The notes below the pieces were generated by a model. That model was not told the DNA's origin, made no database searches, and worked only from the letters and a program-made list of their open reading frames with translations. Below, one piece after another: positions 57,487 to 64,000 of a stretch of DNA of 64,000 bases. How positions within the stretch are numbered: position 1 is the stretch's first letter; each line of letters begins with the position of its first letter. Both the position numbers and the translations under genes were made by a program. The DNA lies in the NCBI GenBank assembly GCA_963666145.1, contig OY762614.1:2969617-3033616 (forward strand). The letters run 5' to 3'. The stretch comes from an uncultured Desulfobacter sp. Lineage in GTDB: Bacteria; Desulfobacterota; Desulfobacteria; Desulfobacterales; Desulfobacteraceae.

Positions 57487-59505
57487 TCAGTCAAACAGCT
57501 TATTCACGGCCGCCATAACTTTGTCCTCATCCGCCGGATGGGGAATGGTGATCTGGTCTCCATTGGGGTTTTTAGCATTATAGGCCATGGCCACCTCTCT
57601 GGCATTGGGATTTCCGGCCCAGTTTCTCCGGGCCACGCCGCCCATGACGTCCCAGAGCATGGCGGATCTGATGATTGAATCCACACGCTTGCTGCCGTCC
57701 AGCACCAGGCCGAATCCGCCGTTGACGGCCTTGCCGATGCCGGTGCCCCCGCCGTTGTGCAGGGCCACCATGGTCATCCCCCGGGCGGCATTGCCGGCAA
57801 AGCAGTGGGTGGCCATGTCGGCGCACACATTGGAACCGTCATGGATGTTTGCGGTTTCCCTGAACGGGGAATCCGTGCCGCCGGGGTCATGGTGGTCCCG
57901 GCCCAGCATGATGGGGGCGGACACTTCTCCGGTTCTGACCATGTCATTGAATTTCAGGGCAATGGATACCCTGCCTGGGGCATCCTGGTATAGAATCCTG
58001 GCCTGGGAGCCCACCACCAGTTTGTTGTGCCGGGCATCCTTGATCCACACGTAATTGTCCCGGTCGTAAGATCGGCGGTTGGGGTCAATGCAGGACATGG
58101 CTGCGGCATCGGTCTTGTTTAAGTCTTCGGGGTCACCGGAAAGGCATACCCAGCGGAAAGGCCCGTAGCCGTAATCGAAAATGTGCCCCATGATATCTTC
58201 AAAATAGGAGGGATAGACAAATCCGTTCTTTGCATCCACGCCGTTTTTAGACACTTCGGTGACGCCGGCATCAAATATCGCTTTTAAAAAGGCATTGCCA
58301 TAGTCAAAGAAATAGGTGCCTTTGGCTGCAAGTTTTTTGATTAGTTCATAGTGTTGCTTCAGGCTCTCATCCACCAGACGTTTGAACCTTGTCCTGTCGT
58401 TGGCCAGAAGTTGGGTGCGTTCAGCGAAACTTAAGCCCACCGGGCAATACCCGCCGTCATACACCACATGGCATGAGGTCTGATCGGACAACAGATCCAC
58501 CTTCAAATCTTTTTTGATCAGAAAAGCCAACAGGTCCACGATGTTGCCGTGGTAGGCAATGGAGGTGTTCTCCTTTGCTTTTACGGCGGCCTTGGCTGCT
58601 TGGTAAATTTTTTCGAGGTCATCGAACACCACATCCACCCACCCCTGCTCATGCCTGGTTTTGACCCTGGACTTGTCCACCTCTGCAATGATACATGTCG
58701 CCCCGGCAATTTTAGCCGCCTTGGGCTGGGCTCCGCTCATACCGCCTAAACCGGATGACACAAAGAGCAGCCCTGCCAGATCTCCGTCCGCCGGAACCCC
58801 GCACCGCTGACGTCCGGCGTTGAGCAGTGTGTTGTAGGTGCCGTGAACAATCCCCTGGGGACCGATGTACATCCAGCCGCCCGCCGTCATCTGGCCGTAG
58901 GAAGAAACCCCCATCTGCGCGGCAATCTCCCAGTCTTCCGGGTTGTCGTAAAGTCCCACCATCAGTCCGTTGGTGATGATCACTCTGGGGTTGTCCGGTG
59001 CCGAGGCAAAGAGCCCCAGAGGGTGGCCGGACTGCATCACCAGGGTCTGGTGGTCGGTGAGTGCTTCCAGGTATCGTTTGATCAGTTGATACTGCATCCA
59101 GTTCTGGCACACGGACCCGGTTTCCCCGTAGGTCACCAGTTCGTAAGGATACAGGGCCACATCAAAATCAAGGTTGTTGTCGATCATCACTTGGACGGCT
59201 TTACCGGCCACACAATTTCCCTTGTATTCATGGATGGGCTTTGCCTTGATATCTCCTTGGGGGCGAAATCGGTAGCCGTAAATCCGGCCCCGGGTTTGCA
59301 GTTCTTCTAAAAATTCAGGAATAAGATCGTCATGAAGCGTTGCCGGGATATAGCGAAGGGCATTTTTAAGGGCCACAACGGTCTGGAACCGGGTCAGGCG
59401 AAAACCTCTGTCCGGTGCCCTGCGGATGTCCGGGCGAAATTGTGGTTCAGCAGGCAGGGTCTCGGGCAGGCAGATGGTCATGGCCGGGGCAGACGGATTG
59501 CTCAT
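57487..59505 (-). CDS. hutU: Urocanate hydratase, long (eukaryote-like) type
   Basis: RRAPDR, YPYELVTYG, QMTAGGW.YIGPQGIVHGT, GLGGMSGAQ, DQTSCH, GRDHHD, HNGGGTGIG; 672 aa. Confidence 0.96.
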   Translation of the reverse strand: MSNPSAPAMTICLPETLPAEPQFRPDIRRAPDRGFRLTRFQTVVALKNALRYIPATLHDDLIPEFLEELQTRGRIYGYRFRPQGDIKAKPIHEYKGNCVAGKAVQVMIDNNLDFDVALYPYELVTYGETGSVCQNWMQYQLIKRYLEALTDHQTLVMQSGHPLGLFASAPDNPRVIITNGLMVGLYDNPEDWEIAAQMGVSSYGQMTAGGWMYIGPQGIVHGTYNTLLNAGRQRCGVPADGDLAGLLFVSSGLGGMSGAQPKAAKIAGATCIIAEVDKSRVKTRHEQGWVDVVFDDLEKIYQAAKAAVKAKENTSIAYHGNIVDLLAFLIKKDLKVDLLSDQTSCHVVYDGGYCPVGLSFAERTQLLANDRTRFKRLVDESLKQHYELIKKLAAKGTYFFDYGNAFLKAIFDAGVTEVSKNGVDAKNGFVYPSYFEDIMGHIFDYGYGPFRWVCLSGDPEDLNKTDAAAMSCIDPNRRSYDRDNYVWIKDARHNKLVVGSQARILYQDAPGRVSIALKFNDMVRTGEVSAPIMLGRDHHDPGGTDSPFRETANIHDGSNVCADMATHCFAGNAARGMTMVALHNGGGTGIGKAVNGGFGLVLDGSKRVDSIIRSAMLWDVMGGVARRNWAGNPNAREVAMAYNAKNPNGDQITIPHPADEDKVMAAVNKLFD

Positions 59506-59790
59506 AGCGTTTCTCCTTCGTGCGGTCCGGCAGGAAATGACGCCTGCCGAAGGGATTTGATTGGCTTGAATATATAAAATTTATCCTCTGGAAAAATAGA
59601 TGTCAACGTCTAACCTGCCCCATATTCCCTTAAATTTTCCGTGTGCCGTTAATAATCTTTTTGACAATGTATTTGAATTCATGACAGTTAAGGGATGTGA
59701 ATTTTCAGATCCCGGCCGATGCGGGTATTTGTAACCGGTTTTTTTTTTGCGCCTGTGATTTTTTTTGAAAGAATTAAGGAAACGCACATC

Positions 59791-61308
59791 ATGAATAAAA
59801 CCCATCAACTGACTGTATTTGATTTTTTCCACAGAAACGCCCGGATGAACGGGAGTGGATGCGCCCTATATTATAATGGTGAAACCCGAACCCATTCAGA
59901 ACTGTTTGACGATGCCTGCCGATTGACCTGCGGCATGGCCCGGCTCAATCTGGCTCCCGGTACCCGGGTGGCCGTGGTTGCCAAAAACCATCCGGCATTT
60001 TTTCACCTGTTTGCCGCGGCTTCCGCCTTAAACTTGTGTCTTGTGCTCGTGAACCGGCGGCTGGGTGAAGATGAACTGGCCTACGCCCTTGATGACACCA
60101 CACCCCACATGGTCATTTATGATGACGAAATGAAAGATAAAATCGGACCGCTGATCCGGGAGCGAAGCAGTATTGTCCACAGTTTCAACCTGGCGGACAA
60201 TTTTTCTTCCCTCTATGCCGCTGATTCCCAGGGAGCCATTGATCTGTCCGACGATTCCGACCCGGACCTTGCCTACATTATTATTCACACCGCAGCCGTC
60301 CAGGGAAAACCCCGGGGGGCGGTCCTCAGCCAGACAAACCTTGTCCTGGCCAACCTTCAGCTGATGCATGCCTATGGCCTGGACCAGACGAAAACCTATT
60401 TGAATATTTTACCTTTGTTTCACATCATGGGCGTCAATATCGGACTTGCCACACTCATGGCCGGCGGAAAGAATGTGATTCTGGAACAATTTTCCCCCCA
60501 GGCCGCCTTCGACCTGATCCTGGAACAAAATGTCTCCATCTTTGGGTCTTTTCCCCCGATTCTGGGCCGCATCCTGGAATGTGTCCAGTCCCAGTCGACA
60601 GCTCCGGATCTGTCCAGTCTTGAAATTGTCTCGGGCCTTGAAAGCCCGGAAACTGCCGAACTATGGGAAAAGTTGACCGGATCAAAGTTCTGGATCATGT
60701 ACGGCCAGACTGAAACGTCGGGGCTGATCACCTTTTCTCCTATGTTTGAGGCACCCGGATCTGCGGGCCGGGTATCGCCCCTGGTCAGAATGATCGTTGC
60801 CGATGATCTGGACCATGCCCTGCCGCCGGGCAGCACCGGCGAGATCCTTGTCAAGGGGCCTCTGGTGTTCAAGGGGTATTGGAATGCCGACGCCCTGAAT
60901 GCATTTACATTCAGAAACGGCTGGCACCACACCGGTGATATGGGGCAGCTGGATGAAAACGGCTACCTTTATTTTAAAGGGCGAAAGCCGGAAAAAGAGT
61001 TGATCAAGCCCGGCGGGGAGAATGTGTTCCCCGCAGAAGTGGAGGCGGCCCTTGTCAGTCATGAATTCGTGGATAAAGCATGTGTATTCGGTGTGCCGGA
61101 TGCAGAATTTGGAGAGGCCGTCAAGGCCGTGTGCACCCTGAAAGCCGGCTGCACCGTTGAAGAAAAAACGTTGATTGCCTTTACCGGTAGCCTGATTGCC
61201 GGTTTCAAAAAACCAAAATCCATTGTGTTTGTGGATCAATTGCCCCTGACTGCCGCAGGAGAGATAGACCGTTTTGCAATTAAAGAAAAATATACCCACG
61301 GGGAATAG
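59791..61308 (+). CDS. Acyl-CoA synthetase (AMP-forming, long-chain/CaiC-like)
   Basis: Variant P-loop HTAAVQGKPRG, YGQTE, HTGDMG, KPGGENVFPAEVE, LTAAGEI; RBS AAGGA. Confidence 0.9.
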   Translation: MNKTHQLTVFDFFHRNARMNGSGCALYYNGETRTHSELFDDACRLTCGMARLNLAPGTRVAVVAKNHPAFFHLFAAASALNLCLVLVNRRLGEDELAYALDDTTPHMVIYDDEMKDKIGPLIRERSSIVHSFNLADNFSSLYAADSQGAIDLSDDSDPDLAYIIIHTAAVQGKPRGAVLSQTNLVLANLQLMHAYGLDQTKTYLNILPLFHIMGVNIGLATLMAGGKNVILEQFSPQAAFDLILEQNVSIFGSFPPILGRILECVQSQSTAPDLSSLEIVSGLESPETAELWEKLTGSKFWIMYGQTETSGLITFSPMFEAPGSAGRVSPLVRMIVADDLDHALPPGSTGEILVKGPLVFKGYWNADALNAFTFRNGWHHTGDMGQLDENGYLYFKGRKPEKELIKPGGENVFPAEVEAALVSHEFVDKACVFGVPDAEFGEAVKAVCTLKAGCTVEEKTLIAFTGSLIAGFKKPKSIVFVDQLPLTAAGEIDRFAIKEKYTHGE

Positions 61309-61435
61309 TTATTATCCACGGCAAATTCGGCACAGCCTTTGTCGGCACAGTGTTTGCCCACAAAGATTGTGCCGTTTAACCGCCCATAGGTTTGTATTCT
61401 TCCTTTTCTATTGTTAAATAATGGTTACTTCTTTA

Positions 61436-61464
61436 TTGACCAACATAAAAGTTATCTGTATAAA
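61436..61464 (+). promoter_or_regulatory. Sigma70 promoter of feoAB
   Basis: TTGACC-N17-TATAAA. Confidence 0.6.
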
Positions 61465-61531
61465 ACTTATTCGCACTAACGCTAAAAAGCATCACATGCC
61501 AGATTGTGAATAATTAAGAGGAGTTTTTTTA

Positions 61532-61765
61532 ATGAGCGTTATCAACCTGAGACAAATGAAGAAAAATCAAACCGGGGTTATTACGTCGGTAAAAGCCCAG
61601 GGCGAGATGGGCCGCCGTATACGGGACATGGGTATTGTCCCGGGAAAGGAGATCACCATCCAGGGCCGTGCTCCGCTTTATGACCCGGTGGCATTGCGGA
61701 TTATGGGGTTCACATTGACCCTGAGAAACAACGAAGCCGACTATATTCAGGTGGAGGTAGAGTAA
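61532..61765 (+). CDS. feoA: Ferrous iron transport protein A
   Basis: RRIRDMGIVPG...APLYDPV...LRNNEA. Confidence 0.96.
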   Translation: MSVINLRQMKKNQTGVITSVKAQGEMGRRIRDMGIVPGKEITIQGRAPLYDPVALRIMGFTLTLRNNEADYIQVEVE

Positions 61766-61766
61766 C

Positions 61767-63974
61767 ATGAGTGTCGCCATTGCCCTTGCAGGAAATCCAA
61801 ATGCCGGGAAAACAACCCTTTTCAACGAATTGACAGGTGCCCGCCAGCAGGTGGGAAACTATCCCGGGGTAACCGTTGAAAAAAAACAGGGCACCTGCGT
61901 TTCTGAAGCCGGTACCTTTGAAATCATAGATTTGCCGGGCACCTATTCCCTGACGGCCTATTCTTTGGAAGAGGTGGTTGCAAGGGACTACCTGGTCAAT
62001 GAAAAACCGGCCATGGTCGTTAATATTCTGGATGCCTCAAATTTGGAGCGCAACCTCTACCTGTCCGTGCAGTTCATGGAGATGGGTATTCCGGTGTGTT
62101 TAGCTCTGAACATGATGGATGTGGCCCAAAAAAGAGGAATAGAGATCGATCTTGACAAACTGTCCGAACTTTTAGGCGTTCCTGTGGTGCCCATGGTGGC
62201 CAGGACCGGTAAAGGCAAAGAAGCACTGCTGGCCCAGGTCGCAAAGGGGATTAACAAACCGGCCACGCCTCTGATGATTTCCTACGGCCAGGACATTGAC
62301 AAAGCCCTGGATGAGATGGAAAAGGTTATTGAGGAAAAACAGTTTTTAACCGACGTCTATTCGGCCCGTTGGGTGGGACTTAAATATTTAGAAAATGATA
62401 CCCAGATTCTTGAGCTCGGCACCACCCGGGACAAAGAAACCGCCGATCAACTTATGGCCATTGGGGAAAAACTCCAGCGTCATATGTCCGCAACCCTCGA
62501 TATCCATCCCGAAGGCATGATCGCTGATCAGCGGTACGGTTTTATCAACTCGGTACTCAAGCAGAATGTGATCCGGTTCGCATTTGACCGCAACCGGCTC
62601 CAGCGTTCTGATCAGATTGATAAGGTCCTGACCAACCGCTTTCTAGGTCCGTTGATCATGGTGGGGGTGCTTGCCGCCCTGTATCAGTTTACTTTTACCT
62701 ACAGTGCCTTGCCGGTGGAGTGGATTGAAGGGCTCTTTGGATGGATCAGCGGGGTGATGGAGGCTGTTTTGCCCGACGGACTTCTCAAATCCATGATTAT
62801 TTCGGGTATCATTGACGGTGTGGGCGGTGTCATGGGGTTTGTGCCCCTGATTATGTTCATGTTTCTGGGCATCTCATTTATTGAGGACTCAGGATATCTG
62901 GCCAGGATGGCCTTTATGCTGGACCGGGTTTTCCGGATATTCGGGCTTCACGGCAGTTCGGTCATGGCGTTTATCGTTTCCGGGGGCATTGCCGGCGGAT
63001 GTGCCGTGCCCGGCGTTATGGCGGCCCGGACACTGAAGTCTCCCAGGGAACGGCTGGCCACCCTTTTAACGGTGCCGTTCATGAACTGCGGTGCCAAACT
63101 GCCGGTGTATGCCCTGCTGGTGGCCGCCTTTTTTCCACATAAACAGGCCACGATCATGGTTGTTTTGACGCTGATTTCCTGGGTCGGCGCCCTACTGGTG
63201 GCAAAACTGTTAAGAACCACAGTGATCCGGGGTGAATCCACCCCCTTTGTCATGGAACTTCCCCCCTATCGTTTTCCCACCCTCAAGGGGCTTTGGATCC
63301 ACACCTGGGAGCGGACCTGGCAATATATGAAAAAAGCCGGCACCGTCATCCTGGGAATTTCCATTCTGCTTTGGGCCATGATGACTTTTCCCGGACTGGA
63401 TGACAAAACTTCGGCTCAATTTGAATCCCGGCGCACCGCCATTACCGATTCGGCTCCGGCGGACGTTTTATATGAACTTAAGGTTGCCGATGAAGGCGCT
63501 GAGCTTTCCCCCGGGGCCAGGGAGGTTCAGAGTGCCCTGGCCGCTATTGACGGAGAGGCTGCCATGACCCGGCTGGAAAATTCCATTGCCGGCAGAATGG
63601 GCAAAGGTCTTGAAAAAATTTCTTACCTGGCCGGATTTGACTGGCGGACCAATATCGCTCTGGTGGGCGGGTTTGCTGCCAAGGAAGTGGTGGTCTCTAC
63701 GCTGGGAACAGCATATTCCCTTGGGGATGTGGACCCTGAAAGTACAGACTCTTTGGCGCAAAGACTTGCCAAATCTCCGGGCTGGGGGCCTGTAACCGCC
63801 TTTGCCCTGATGATTTTTACGGTGTTTTACGCGCCTTGTTTTGTCACTGTTGTCTGCATTGCCCGGGAAACCGGATCTTGGAAATGGGCTGCGTTTTCTG
63901 TCGGGTTTAACACGGCTTTGGCTTTTGCGCTGTCTGTGGTGACCTATCAGGTAGGTTCTCTCATAGTTAATTAA
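61767..63974 (+). CDS. feoB: Ferrous iron transport protein B
   Basis: GNPNAGKT, GNYPGVTV, DLPG, NMMD, Gate domains CAVPG, PFMNCGAKLPVY, YAPC. Confidence 0.98.
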   Translation: MSVAIALAGNPNAGKTTLFNELTGARQQVGNYPGVTVEKKQGTCVSEAGTFEIIDLPGTYSLTAYSLEEVVARDYLVNEKPAMVVNILDASNLERNLYLSVQFMEMGIPVCLALNMMDVAQKRGIEIDLDKLSELLGVPVVPMVARTGKGKEALLAQVAKGINKPATPLMISYGQDIDKALDEMEKVIEEKQFLTDVYSARWVGLKYLENDTQILELGTTRDKETADQLMAIGEKLQRHMSATLDIHPEGMIADQRYGFINSVLKQNVIRFAFDRNRLQRSDQIDKVLTNRFLGPLIMVGVLAALYQFTFTYSALPVEWIEGLFGWISGVMEAVLPDGLLKSMIISGIIDGVGGVMGFVPLIMFMFLGISFIEDSGYLARMAFMLDRVFRIFGLHGSSVMAFIVSGGIAGGCAVPGVMAARTLKSPRERLATLLTVPFMNCGAKLPVYALLVAAFFPHKQATIMVVLTLISWVGALLVAKLLRTTVIRGESTPFVMELPPYRFPTLKGLWIHTWERTWQYMKKAGTVILGISILLWAMMTFPGLDDKTSAQFESRRTAITDSAPADVLYELKVADEGAELSPGAREVQSALAAIDGEAAMTRLENSIAGRMGKGLEKISYLAGFDWRTNIALVGGFAAKEVVVSTLGTAYSLGDVDPESTDSLAQRLAKSPGWGPVTAFALMIFTVFYAPCFVTVVCIARETGSWKWAAFSVGFNTALAFALSVVTYQVGSLIVN

Positions 63975-63984
63975 GGAGGAGACA

Positions 63985-64000
63985 ATGGGAAACATTATAG
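63985..64000 (+). CDS. 5' fragment of a small gene after feoB (possibly the FeoB-associated Cys-rich protein)
   Basis: Strong RBS AAGGAGGAG then ATG GGA AAC ATT ATA; truncated by the window end, so identity is inferred from position only. Confidence 0.5.

Noticed and set aside
60280-60325. Non-canonical P-loop (HTAAVQGKPRG instead of YTSGTTGxPKG) as a sign of pseudogenisation
   Set aside because: The ORF is full length with the other adenylation motifs intact, and I recall this variant in a known acyl-CoA ligase subfamily.
61465-61531. Fur or IdeR box upstream of feoA
   Set aside because: No acceptable match to GATAATGATAATCATTATC or TTAGGTTAGGCTAACCTAA.
1-64000. CRISPR arrays, tRNA/rRNA genes, tmRNA/SRP/6S RNA, transposases, prophage and defence systems
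   Set aside because: I saw no regularly spaced repeats, T-loop GTTCGA motifs, SRP core, or transposase/phage/defence motifs on either strand by eye; a cmscan run would be needed to exclude divergent ncRNAs.

Overview
This is an ordinary chromosomal segment of a sulfate-reducing Desulfobacterota bacterium, most likely Desulfobacter or a close relative (inferred from the ATP-citrate lyase and aconitase pair and the overall gene content). I see no tRNA, rRNA, CRISPR array, prophage or transposase. In order it contains: aconitase (partial); a PAS kinase/NtrC-type pair followed by a CheY-like/CheW/MCP cassette; ispG-proS-relA; PIN-PhoH; perR-rbr-trxA-trxB-bamD-rpmB; aroB; a LuxR regulator with a sensor-less hybrid kinase; minCDE; hisS-aspS; aclB-aclA; cobO-fapA; dksA, a PHP-RNase III fusion, a radical SAM gene and thpR; hypCFDE; a VOR-type 2-oxoacid:ferredoxin oxidoreductase operon; btuB under a cobalamin riboswitch; ilvE, an XRE regulator and an acyl-CoA dehydrogenase; an MBL hydrolase; radC; hutU; an acyl-CoA ligase; feoAB. 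Most notable observations: (1) an in-frame fusion of a PHP (RNase AM/YciV-like) domain to RNase III; (2) a 906-aa AclA that appears to carry a tandem-duplicated citryl-CoA lyase module; (3) a 94-aa Arg-rich protein ending in a FliM-like CheY-binding peptide; (4) a 185-bp MITE with 22-bp TIRs and an 8-bp TSD beside the perR promoter; (5) three 16-bp-period palindromes, an IHF site and a sigma54-like promoter ahead of the chemosensory cassette; (6) a promoter motif shared by the aconitase and ACL genes; (7) three parS-like sites; (8) FapA with MshEN-like N-terminal repeats. All family assignments come from motif recognition by eye; no database searches were run.
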